A stretch of 32,000 nt of DNA from Erysipelothrix inopinata (GTDB lineage: Bacteria; Bacillota_I; Bacilli_A; Erysipelotrichales; Erysipelotrichaceae): the NCBI RefSeq assembly GCF_014396165.1, contig NZ_CP060715.1, forward strand, positions 1,470,001 through 1,502,000, in the 5' to 3' direction. A program made the position numbers and the translations under genes. The notes beneath the pieces are model-generated. The model saw nothing but the letters and a program-made list of their open reading frames with translations. It did no database searches and was not told where the DNA came from. This document shows positions 8,483 to 16,925 of the stretch, piece after piece (positions within the stretch are counted from its first letter, which is position 1; each line of letters opens with the position of its first letter).

Positions 8483-9619
8483 TTAAGCATCAATTTCAGT
8501 TACAAGCCAAAGCACTTGTTGCGTGTTAGCTACGAATTCATCAATGATAAGTCGCTCCTTGAGTTCATGAGCAAATTCACCACCGGCTGCTAAACAAATA
8601 GCATTAATGCCATTAAAGGTAAGGCCACTGACATCAGTTCCTCCACGTACAACCATTCCATTATATGTTAGGTTGTGACGCTCGCACATTGCTTTATAAT
8701 TTTGAATGATAGCAAGAGAATCATCTAAATGATAGGCATGTAGAGATTGTCCAACTTCAATTTCAAGTTTTGCTCCAAATGAGTCTGCTGATGCTTGTAG
8801 TGTATCAACAACATGTTTAACTTGCGCTTGTGCTTTTTCTGGAACAAGGCTTCTCACTTCCATCTCAAAAGTCGTAACCTCGGGTACAACGTTGGTTGGA
8901 TAATCACAGATCACACGACCAATATTTGTCGTTGTATCTTCGTCCACTTTTAAGAGTCTCATCTTTGAAATCGCATCTGACATTACTTGTATGGAGGAAA
9001 TCCCTTTGTCAGGGGCTGCACCAGCGTGTGAAGCTCTCCCGATGATGCGTCCAGTAATATCGTAGAAATCAGGACCACCAATAATTGCAGTTCCTGGTCC
9101 GCCACCACCGTCAAGAACGTATGCGGTTTTTCCAGTTACAAGATTTGTATCAATATTGAAAGCACCTAAAATTCCGATTTCTTCGGATATCGTAAATAAT
9201 AATTCAAGTGGTGGATGGGAGAAATCATGCTCTCGAAGTACTGCTTCTACCTCAATAATTTGAGCAATTCCTGCTTTATCATCCGCACCCAAAATTGTTG
9301 TACCGTCAGAGACAACATATTTGCCATCTTCTGTCACGGAAGGTTTAACGCCATTTCCAGGTTCTACAGTATCCATGTGAGCTTCCAGAATAATGGGATC
9401 GTGGTTAACATACGCACCTGTTCCAGGAATCTTAACGACAATATTACCAGAGTTTGCCTGTGGAACCTTTTGAACGGACACTTGGTCTTCATAAACCTCA
9501 TAACCCAGATTTGTAAAGTAAGACTTTAGAAATGATGCAACACCTTTCTCATTCAAACTGACACTGTCAATTTGAACCAGTTCACAAAACATTTTTATTG
9601 CTCGATCTTTATTAATCAT
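8483..9619 (-). CDS. M20-family peptidase, peptidase T-like (PepT/YqjE-type tripeptidase)
   Basis: Motifs HMDTV, GADDKAG, SEEIG and HAG. Start trimmed to ATG 9619 (MINKDRAIKMF...), preceded by AAGGAGA. The extra 73 codons in the track ORF run through the promoter region and look non-coding. Confidence 0.85.
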   Translation of the reverse strand: MINKDRAIKMFCELVQIDSVSLNEKGVASFLKSYFTNLGYEVYEDQVSVQKVPQANSGNIVVKIPGTGAYVNHDPIILEAHMDTVEPGNGVKPSVTEDGKYVVSDGTTILGADDKAGIAQIIEVEAVLREHDFSHPPLELLFTISEEIGILGAFNIDTNLVTGKTAYVLDGGGGPGTAIIGGPDFYDITGRIIGRASHAGAAPDKGISSIQVMSDAISKMRLLKVDEDTTTNIGRVICDYPTNVVPEVTTFEMEVRSLVPEKAQAQVKHVVDTLQASADSFGAKLEIEVGQSLHAYHLDDSLAIIQNYKAMCERHNLTYNGMVVRGGTDVSGLTFNGINAICLAAGGEFAHELKERLIIDEFVANTQQVLWLVTEIDA

Positions 9620-9717
9620 GAAAAATATCTCCTTCTCTTTAGATAAAATTGTACATATTGTATCAAAACGCTCACAAATGTCGATGAGAAAGCACTTAAT
9701 CACTGTCAAATCTATGA

Positions 9718-9737
9718 ATGTGTGAACAATCACATAT
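9718..9737. promoter_or_regulatory. Inverted repeat, candidate operator in a divergent promoter region
   Basis: ATGTGTGA-ACAA-TCACATAT (TGTGA-N4-TCACA core), flanked by direct TCACTG repeats at 9700-9705 and 9742-9747. Confidence 0.3.
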
Positions 9738-9827
9738 TTATTCACTGAATGTTCTTTAATCCTCACGAAAACTTTGTTGAGTCTATAGAAATAAAAGCAT
9801 ACGATTAACATAGAAGAAGGAGGTGTT

Positions 9828-11432
9828 ATGATGAACATTAATTCTAAATTTACTGAGAATTACGCAACTGATGTATCCAAAATTTACTTTGTCGGATCAA
9901 CCATGGCATCTTTGAGCGGAGCATTTTATTTAATCCGAGATGGTCATGTTGACGGAAATCAAATACATATTCTGGACTCAATGCCTTTTGTCAATGAAGC
10001 CTCAGGATCTGTCTTAAATGAACAACGCCGCATTCTCATCAAAAGAAGTATCGAGTTTGAACACTATTATGATAATCTACGTGAAGTATTAAGTGAAATA
10101 CCGTCATTAATGAATCATCAACATTCTATATTGGAAGAGTACAACCAATTCCATAATGATAACGGAGTCGAAGCGAAATGGTATGTTACCAATGAGTGTG
10201 GTCAAGAATATAAGGTTGGCCACCAAATAGCTTTATGCCCAAAAATTAAACAAGATATCATTCAGCTTTGTCTCAGAACGGAGAATAACATTCAAGAACT
10301 AAAAATTATTGATGTTTTTGATAATGCATTCTTTGATTCAGATTTTTGGCTCTATTGGTCCTCAACTTTTGCATTTGAAAAGTGGGATGGAGCACTTGAG
10401 TTTCGTCGTTCATTACTTCGTTATGCTCATCGAATTGGACCTGTTGATAGTTTATCAATGTTAGAATTTGTAAAATATGGTCAATACGATGTTCTGACGA
10501 TTCCGATTATTTCTTACCTCAAAGAAAAAGGTGTTATTTTTGAATATGATACGACTGTAAATAATATTAAACTAGAACGTAAAGATGACACGACATTTGC
10601 AAAAACTATGTGTTTGAATGTTAATGAAGATCGTGAAGATATTGAATTAAGTGAAAACGATTGGGTGTTTGTTAACAACGGTGCAACCATCGAAACAATG
10701 AGTTATGGAAATCACCTAGATGCAATACCTAAAGACATACCGTTGTCACCTAAATGGGATCTATGGCGCAATTTAGCGCAACAAGATTCGCTCTGTGGAA
10801 ATCCCGAACCATTCTTAACAGATGAAAAACATCGTGGATGGTGCATGACTGCAGCAATCACAACTGCAAACCATGAAGTTCGAACACTTGTAAAAGAGTT
10901 GCTCGGAAATGATGGGCTTGAAGGACTTGTAACCGTTAGAGATTCTAATTGGAATATGAATTGGCTTGTAAGTCAAGCTGACGACAAATCCATGGTGATC
11001 TGGTTGTACGCACTGCTTTCCGATGAACCAGGTAACTTCATTAAAAAACCGATTACAGAGTGTAACGGAAAAGAAATTACTGAGGAATGGCTATATCATC
11101 TCGGTATGCATCCCGATAAAGTTGAAACACTGGCTGCATTTGCTTGTGACTGTGTTCCTACATATATTCCAAACGTAACGGCAATCTTAAAACCAAGAAA
11201 AATCACTGATCGTCCTGAAACGGTCCCACACAATTTCGCAAATCTTGCATTTATCGGACCTTATGCTGAATCTAAAAATGAAGCATCTTTCACGGTTGAA
11301 TATTCAGTTAAAACAGCCAAAGAAGCAGTCCATAAAATGTTAGGAATTTATGAACAGGATGACAGCACAGGTCAAGATGTAGATACTTTAAAAGAAGCAT
11401 TGAAAAACAATCAAATGTTTTCTATCGATTAA
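9828..11432 (+). CDS. Oleate hydratase / myosin-cross-reactive antigen (MCRA) family protein, divergent paralogue
   Basis: Collinear similarity to MCRA throughout: YLIRDG..IHIL, IPSL, FWLYWSSTFAFEKW, VFVNNGATIE, WxLWRNLAQQD, VRDSNWNMNW, IWLYALLSDEPGNFIKKPI, NLAFIGPYAES, TVEYSVKTAKEAV. SD GGAGGTG lies before ATG 9828/9831. The FAD motif is degenerate (see findings). Confidence 0.85.
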   Translation: MMNINSKFTENYATDVSKIYFVGSTMASLSGAFYLIRDGHVDGNQIHILDSMPFVNEASGSVLNEQRRILIKRSIEFEHYYDNLREVLSEIPSLMNHQHSILEEYNQFHNDNGVEAKWYVTNECGQEYKVGHQIALCPKIKQDIIQLCLRTENNIQELKIIDVFDNAFFDSDFWLYWSSTFAFEKWDGALEFRRSLLRYAHRIGPVDSLSMLEFVKYGQYDVLTIPIISYLKEKGVIFEYDTTVNNIKLERKDDTTFAKTMCLNVNEDREDIELSENDWVFVNNGATIETMSYGNHLDAIPKDIPLSPKWDLWRNLAQQDSLCGNPEPFLTDEKHRGWCMTAAITTANHEVRTLVKELLGNDGLEGLVTVRDSNWNMNWLVSQADDKSMVIWLYALLSDEPGNFIKKPITECNGKEITEEWLYHLGMHPDKVETLAAFACDCVPTYIPNVTAILKPRKITDRPETVPHNFANLAFIGPYAESKNEASFTVEYSVKTAKEAVHKMLGIYEQDDSTGQDVDTLKEALKNNQMFSID

Positions 11433-11470
11433 CAAAGAGAAACCCTTACAATTGTAGGGGTTTCTCTTTG
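11433..11470. terminator. Bidirectional terminator between convergent genes
   Basis: 13-bp stem CAAAGAGAAACCC / GGGTTTCTCTTTG around an 11-nt loop. Confidence 0.75.
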
Positions 11471-11482
11471 TTATGGTTGTAC

Positions 11483-13390
11483 TTAAATAGTATTTTTTTC
11501 TTTTTTGATTTTATGAAGAACAAGTAATAGCGTACCTAGAATAACAACGGAGACACTTATTATTAAGTAAGAGGTAACCCCCGTGCTAGGAAGAAATTTA
11601 TCGGCTAATGGTGAATCAGTAATTTCTGAATTTGTATTATTCTTACCAATAATTGGATCGATGTCCGAGCCAGATGTTGGTGTTTCAGGTATTTCCTTGT
11701 TTGGTTCGATAAACAGGTCGATTGAAATATCATTATCAGGCGCAATTCCTTCTAACTTAGAAATATCTAATATTTCCACGAGATGATAGTTCTTAGGTAA
11801 CTCTAAGATGAATTTATATATATCTTTGAATTTGACTACTGATTGCTGATTACTGATGATTGTACCATCTTTAAGTTTGTAATTTAGTTGGATGTTGATA
11901 TCTTTACGAAAATAAACAATGCTAGAAACAATGTTTTCGTCTAAGCTTACAAGTCGATATTCGATTATTTTGGAATCTAATTCATTATATCCTGCAATAA
12001 TTGGTAATTCTATTTGAACAAGATCATTATAGAACCCATTGACTGCTTGTTCGTAGATCACATTTCCGAGCTCATCTTTAAATTGAAGTGTTGATGATAT
12101 TTTCTTAGGAGTAACTGGAATTGATACTACGAGATCTTCAGAAGGTGTTTTACCGGATAATATAACATTTTCTACATTTAAATTGTATCCGTAAAGATCT
12201 TCTGGAACGATTGTATAATTCGAATTGAATAATTGAGATTTTTTCGTATTATGTATGATGTCACCATTATCAAGGACGTAGTTAGTCGTTATGTTAATGC
12301 TTTTTCGTTGATAGACGTGGCTTGAATCTACAAACTTGTCAAATTCAGCTAATTGATAGGTTTCATTTTGAGTTGGTTTGTTGTATCCTTCAATTTCAGG
12401 AAGATTTACATCAACATAGTCGAGATACTTTCCAACTATTGGTTTTTCTAAGACGATTTCTCCTAAATCATTATAATAGCGAATCGTATTAGTTAGAGTT
12501 TTAGGAACCAAATTAATCTTGATTTCAGAATCCTTAGCAGGCATCGTTCCCTCCAATGGAAGCGAGGATTCAGAGATTTCATAACCAAAAAATGATTTGG
12601 GTTCGATTGAATAGTCGGTTTTATATAGCTGAGTGAGAGAATCACTGTGCATCAATGTACCATCCTCAAGTCGATACTGAATATTTAGTGTTATATCTTT
12701 TCTATAGTAAGGGAAAAATTTGAGATCGTTTCCTAATATTATTTGTTCAATACTATCAGTTAAGTGATGATATCCTTCGATTTCAGGGAAGGGTATTGTC
12801 ACTCTACTTCCATATTTTCCGATTACTGTAGAATTTCCGATGACTTCATTGTCAATTGAATCTTGAAAGAAAAAATTGATAGTAAATGTTTTAAACTCAT
12901 ACAATACCGTCATTTCTTTATGTTCTTTAAATGTATATTCAAAAGTTTTGTTGAGAGGTGTATAGTTTGAATAATCTGGCAGTGTGATGGTCTTTTTTTC
13001 ATTATATTTACCAGTGAATTCAAAGCGCTTAAGTTCTTTTCCTTTTTCATCAACTGCAATAATATCCAGATAGTAAATTGCATCTTCATAGACAATGATA
13101 TATTCATTATTTACGACTTTATCGAGAGGAATAAACACAAAATAAGGATTGATGTACCCTGGTATTTCAAGCGTGCTATGGGGGAGGTTTTGTGAGGATC
13201 CTTTTGAAACGTATTCCTCACCTATGATTTCTCCATGCTTATTTTTATAGATTATATGTAGTTTATCTTCTGATAAACGGGTTACATTATTCTTGCTTGG
13301 TGGAGTGTCTATTGTATCGGCGGAAGCGTTAATTCCAACACATGCAAACACCAGGATAATAGTGAGGAAGTTTAGTGTAAATTTCTTCAT
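11483..13390 (-). CDS. LPXTG-anchored cell-surface protein with MucBP-like repeats (putative adhesin)
   Basis: Signal peptide MKKFTLNFLTIILVFACVGINASA. C-terminal sorting signal LPSTG + hydrophobic helix + KIKKEKN. Repeated beta-rich modules end in (E/A)GY. Start set at ATG 13390 after AGAGGTG. The track GTG at 13399 lies inside the SD. Confidence 0.85.
   Translation of the reverse strand: MKKFTLNFLTIILVFACVGINASADTIDTPPSKNNVTRLSEDKLHIIYKNKHGEIIGEEYVSKGSSQNLPHSTLEIPGYINPYFVFIPLDKVVNNEYIIVYEDAIYYLDIIAVDEKGKELKRFEFTGKYNEKKTITLPDYSNYTPLNKTFEYTFKEHKEMTVLYEFKTFTINFFFQDSIDNEVIGNSTVIGKYGSRVTIPFPEIEGYHHLTDSIEQIILGNDLKFFPYYRKDITLNIQYRLEDGTLMHSDSLTQLYKTDYSIEPKSFFGYEISESSLPLEGTMPAKDSEIKINLVPKTLTNTIRYYNDLGEIVLEKPIVGKYLDYVDVNLPEIEGYNKPTQNETYQLAEFDKFVDSSHVYQRKSINITTNYVLDNGDIIHNTKKSQLFNSNYTIVPEDLYGYNLNVENVILSGKTPSEDLVVSIPVTPKKISSTLQFKDELGNVIYEQAVNGFYNDLVQIELPIIAGYNELDSKIIEYRLVSLDENIVSSIVYFRKDINIQLNYKLKDGTIISNQQSVVKFKDIYKFILELPKNYHLVEILDISKLEGIAPDNDISIDLFIEPNKEIPETPTSGSDIDPIIGKNNTNSEITDSPLADKFLPSTGVTSYLIISVSVVILGTLLLVLHKIKKEKNTI
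11702..12889 (-). repeat. Three tandem two-module units of about 130-134 aa inside the adhesin gene
   Basis: In track-ORF numbering, units are aa 171-300, 301-432 and 433-566. Each has a module ending ..LPEIEGY..(Y/F)(Y/Q/R)RK(D/S)I followed by a module starting N(I)xxxY.L.DG... Divergent at the DNA level. Confidence 0.6.
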
Positions 13391-13759
13391 AAAATGCACC
13401 TCTTTTCTTTAAGGGCTTTAATTATATACTATCTAATTTTATAAGAATATATTTTTGCTTTGATACTCATGAAATATTCACAAAGATATAGGGTATCCTC
13501 ATAGTTAATTATGTTTATGGAAGAAAGTATAAAAAGAATATGATTGACGTCATATTGACACATCGTGTTTCGTTAAACAATTTATTTAATTTTAATAATC
13601 TTTGACTACTTGTCCTTTTACTTCTGTTGGATATTTATTTTTTCTACGTATAGAAAAAGCTCCTCCTTTTTGCAGTTCCCAATTTTATTTATCTTGGGTG
13701 GTTACCTAAAGTGGAGCTTATTAATTGTAGCTTTTTGTTACGGTTCTACTCGAATAGGA

Positions 13760-14011
13760 TTACTCTTTTTGACTTAGTAAATAAATGTTTAATCCCAATG
13801 ATAGAAATAAAAGTGTAGTAAGAACTCCAATGTGAGTGAAAGAATTCGTGTTAATTGCTTGGGATGCTTTCAGAATTTCTGCGGTTTTATCTCCACCAGA
13901 AAATGCAATATTAGTTAGAGATAAATCAGTCATGGGTTTCTTAAGGAAAAAGAAATAACACATGATAAGAAAATAAATTGCAATAATTCCGAACACTTGT
14001 CCTTTTTTCAT
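13760..14011 (-). CDS. Hypothetical small membrane protein (two predicted TM helices)
   Basis: Good SD (AAAGGAG) 7 nt upstream of ATG 14011. Hydrophobic N- and C-terminal helices. No family recognised. Confidence 0.6.
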   Translation of the reverse strand: MKKGQVFGIIAIYFLIMCYFFFLKKPMTDLSLTNIAFSGGDKTAEILKASQAINTNSFTHIGVLTTLLFLSLGLNIYLLSQKE

Positions 14012-14069
14012 AGAGACTCCTTTTAATAAAAAAATATCGAGTAAATACCTAAAGATATTGACCTATCAA

Positions 14070-15047
14070 TTACTGGTTAAGTTCTTCAAGAAATGCATCA
14101 AAGAGTTCAAGGCGACGCTTGAGATATCCCGTATCCTCACGTTTAGGGTGGATACGATTCGTTAGAATAATAAAGCCTGCTTGATTATCCAAGTCTAATA
14201 AAATTGAAGGACCCGTGAATCCAGTGTGGAAGAGATAGTTCTTACCTTTATAGGGATGAAGATTCCATCCGTATGAACGCATATCAACATTGGTTTCGTT
14301 GAGTAATTTTAAAGTTTCTTGGGTGAGTACAGGTGTTTCATAGCCCAAGTATGATTTTACGAATTGCTTGAGATCCGACATGGTACTGAATAAACCAGCA
14401 TTTCCTGCTACGCCACCAAAGTTGTGGGCAGTCTCATCATGAACTACACCGCAAATAAGACCGCGTGCATCAGTATATTCTGTTGGGACACAGCGACTTG
14501 TATCACTTGGATTGTACTGAGTATCCGACATGTGAAGAGGGTTTAATATTGTTTTAGAAATTGATTGATCTAAAGATGTATCGAGAGCTTCAATGACCAG
14601 TCCTAAAATAAGATAGTTAATGCATGAATAGTCCATTTTTGTGTCTACAGGGTTTACCCAGTCATCACAATTCATGATTGAAGCAACCATTTCATCATGA
14701 TTCATGGTGTAACGCCCACGAACGCTTGGCAACATACCTGAACGGTGTAAAAGACAATGTTGTATGAGAATGCTTTCTTCTTTAAACTCTGGAAGAATAT
14801 CTTTAATGGGTGTATCAAATGAAAGTTTCCCTTCTTCGATTAACTGAAGGATACGTGTGGTAGTAAACATTTTGGTAAGCGATGCGATATCATAAACCGC
14901 ATTATTTTGTAACGGTGTATCAGGGTATTTTGAAAGCCCATAGACATCAGTGAGAGACTCTTCTTTAGTAATAATACCGATAGCTATACCCGGGATAAGT
15001 TTTTCGTTGACGCTTTGATGAGCAAGATTAATTACAGATTCAAACAT
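14070..15047 (-). CDS. Beta-lactamase-fold serine hydrolase (class C / PBP4*-esterase-like)
   Basis: SxxK motif ASLTKMF near the N-terminus, a Y-x-N-like YSCINY, and a C-terminal HTGFTG (KTG-like) box. Confidence 0.8.
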   Translation of the reverse strand: MFESVINLAHQSVNEKLIPGIAIGIITKEESLTDVYGLSKYPDTPLQNNAVYDIASLTKMFTTTRILQLIEEGKLSFDTPIKDILPEFKEESILIQHCLLHRSGMLPSVRGRYTMNHDEMVASIMNCDDWVNPVDTKMDYSCINYLILGLVIEALDTSLDQSISKTILNPLHMSDTQYNPSDTSRCVPTEYTDARGLICGVVHDETAHNFGGVAGNAGLFSTMSDLKQFVKSYLGYETPVLTQETLKLLNETNVDMRSYGWNLHPYKGKNYLFHTGFTGPSILLDLDNQAGFIILTNRIHPKREDTGYLKRRLELFDAFLEELNQ

Positions 15048-15182
15048 GAAATTCTCCTTTAAATTCGTATATTGTAAACGCTACATATTATAACATAAAA
15101 ACTGTTTTAAGATAAATTGAATGAAAATTATAACACGTGACCATAAAATCCTTTATAATAGAGCTAACAAAGGAGAATTAAT

Positions 15183-16385
15183 ATGGATTATAAGGATCAA
15201 AAACATGAAGATGTTTATATTAAGGTTCCTACTGAAATATTAGAACGTCTTGATTTAAAAGAAGAGACAAAAGCACAAATTCACGTCAATGAACATGGGG
15301 TTTACATTAACAATCGAAAGAAGAATACCGAGAAAACAGTTCCTCTAACTTCAATTACAATTGTGGGGCTCTTAACATTAGGCATATGTCTCTTCATATT
15401 TAGAGACTTTTCGCAAATTCCATTAATTGGTCAGCGATCGATTGCAAGCATGGTTATTTTACTTGGAGTCATTTCTGGAATGATTAACTTTACCTACTAT
15501 TTTATAAAAGATAACAAGCGTGATAACTCATCGCTGAAACTTTACTGGCGAAACTTACCCGTAGTGTTGCTTTCGTATCTTGTAATTATTGTTGTTGCAC
15601 AACTTCTGTTTTTTAAAGTAATGGGGCAATTATTTATGGGGGCAACGTTTGATATTTACACATCATCTTGTATGGCGGCTGTAATGACTGGTATTGTTAA
15701 CTACGTTATGATTTATTCAGCAAAAAGCATTACGCCTACATCTTTAATTCGTTCGCTCGTATTCGTTATTTTAGGTGGTGTGTTTATTGCCATGGTTACA
15801 AATCGTGATCAACAATGGTGGCTCTATAACTTTAGTTTTTTAGGAACACCTGAGGCAACAAATAGCTGGCAATTTAATCTAACGCTTATTTTATCATCGC
15901 TACTCATGGTGGCATTGATCGACTACATTTTTGTATATCTATATAACATTGAGGGGAAAACAAAACGCTTAATTGCCTTAAAGGTACTTTTACTTTTAAC
16001 TGCAATTTGTTTAGGTGGTGTTGGATTCTTCCCTTATAATGACAGTTTGTTCTATCAATCAATGCATAATCGTGTTGCTGGATACTTGGTGTATTTATTC
16101 ATTATTTTAATCATTTCAATTCGCTGGTTACTTCCAAATGTGTCGAAACATTTCTTAAGAATATCTTATTCAATTGGAGCCATGTTAGGAATCATATGTG
16201 TGCTCTTCTTGGGAGTACACTACTTATCACTCACTGCATTTGAGCTCTTTGCATTTGTACTTGCATTCAGCTGGCTCTTGCTGTTACTTCAACATATCAT
16301 TGATATTGTGAATACTGCAAATGAGGTATATACAGTAGAGATTATTCGTCAACCTACTCAGGAAACAGTAAAAGAAAACAATTAA
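15183..16385 (+). CDS. Polytopic membrane protein with an N-terminal AbrB/SpoVT-like domain
   Basis: aa 10-43 (VYIKVPTEILERLDLKEETKAQIHVNEHGVYI) fit the swapped-hairpin AbrB/MazE pattern. About 9-10 hydrophobic helices follow. SD AAAGGAG lies before ATG 15183. Confidence 0.65.
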   Translation: MDYKDQKHEDVYIKVPTEILERLDLKEETKAQIHVNEHGVYINNRKKNTEKTVPLTSITIVGLLTLGICLFIFRDFSQIPLIGQRSIASMVILLGVISGMINFTYYFIKDNKRDNSSLKLYWRNLPVVLLSYLVIIVVAQLLFFKVMGQLFMGATFDIYTSSCMAAVMTGIVNYVMIYSAKSITPTSLIRSLVFVILGGVFIAMVTNRDQQWWLYNFSFLGTPEATNSWQFNLTLILSSLLMVALIDYIFVYLYNIEGKTKRLIALKVLLLLTAICLGGVGFFPYNDSLFYQSMHNRVAGYLVYLFIILIISIRWLLPNVSKHFLRISYSIGAMLGIICVLFLGVHYLSLTAFELFAFVLAFSWLLLLLQHIIDIVNTANEVYTVEIIRQPTQETVKENN

Positions 16386-16390
16386 TATTA

Positions 16391-16422
16391 AAACCCTCAT
16401 CAAATGAGGGCTTTATTTTTTT
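16391..16422. terminator. Bidirectional terminator
   Basis: CCCTCAT (16394-16400) / ATGAGGG (16404-16410), then CTTTATTTTTTT on the plus strand. The minus strand has TTTTAAT. Confidence 0.7.
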
Positions 16423-16843
16423 ATCGTGTTGTTTTTTCAATAACTGAATAGGTGAAGGGGACTTCTTCAACAGTATCTTTAAGTCTGACATAAAGTGTTC
16501 CAGTAAAGTTTTCTCCCACTGAACTGGTATCAATGAAATTAAATTCTAGGGTCATGGGTGTATCTTTAGTTCCAATTTTATTGAACGAAATTTCATCGTA
16601 ATGCGATTCCTTTTCAATAATAATATCATTGGGTAATATAACAGGAAGATTTTCAACAATTACTTCGTTATTTTCATCTACTTCGCTAAATGATTTCTGA
16701 TTTTTAATAAATACGATGTTTTCTTTAAAAGTTATTTTAGGTTTGTCAGATTTTTTATCGTTGTTTGATAGAACTTTAGCTGCCATAAAACCTCCACCAA
16801 TAACGACGACTAGAGCCAATACTATTATAATTTTTTTATTCAT
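16421..16843 (-). CDS. Hypothetical membrane-anchored / secreted protein
   Basis: N-terminal signal-anchor KKIIIVLALVVVIGGGFMAA, then a beta-rich soluble part. Start set at ATG 16843, 8 nt after GAGGAGGTG. The track GTG at 16852 overlaps the SD. Confidence 0.6.
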   Translation of the reverse strand: MNKKIIIVLALVVVIGGGFMAAKVLSNNDKKSDKPKITFKENIVFIKNQKSFSEVDENNEVIVENLPVILPNDIIIEKESHYDEISFNKIGTKDTPMTLEFNFIDTSSVGENFTGTLYVRLKDTVEEVPFTYSVIEKTTR

Positions 16844-16925
16844 AGAGTGCACCTCCTCATACTATTATTTTAATTTTTCAATGTGATAGGTGATTGTGAG
16901 TGATGTGTGCGATTGTGTGAATTAT

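Noticed and set aside
9215-9529. 104-aa plus-strand ORF opposite the PepT-like gene.
   Set aside because: It is antisense to a motif-rich CDS, with no SD and no recognisable features.
9620-9838. N-terminal 73-codon extension of the 451-aa ORF (MFIITPPSSMLIV...).
   Set aside because: There is no SD at 9838, and the extension overlaps the start of the divergent gene and runs through AT-rich promoter-like sequence. An internal ATG at 9619 has a strong SD and begins the conserved M20 N-terminus.
11583-13107. Short ORFs within the adhesin gene (11583-11786+, 12910-13107-).
   Set aside because: They are antisense or out of frame within a CDS that has a signal peptide, repeats and an LPXTG signal.
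13400-13759. The 360-bp AT-rich intergenic region upstream of the adhesin gene. I checked it for a small gene, sRNA or repeats, including the TGACGTCA palindrome at 13545-13552 and the AGCTCC / GGAGCT complementarity around 13669-13714.
   Set aside because: The only ATG-initiated ORFs are 21 codons or fewer and lack an SD. The palindromes are short and the long-range pairing encloses a loop of about 50 nt. I cannot distinguish any of this from ordinary promoter and terminator sequence by eye.
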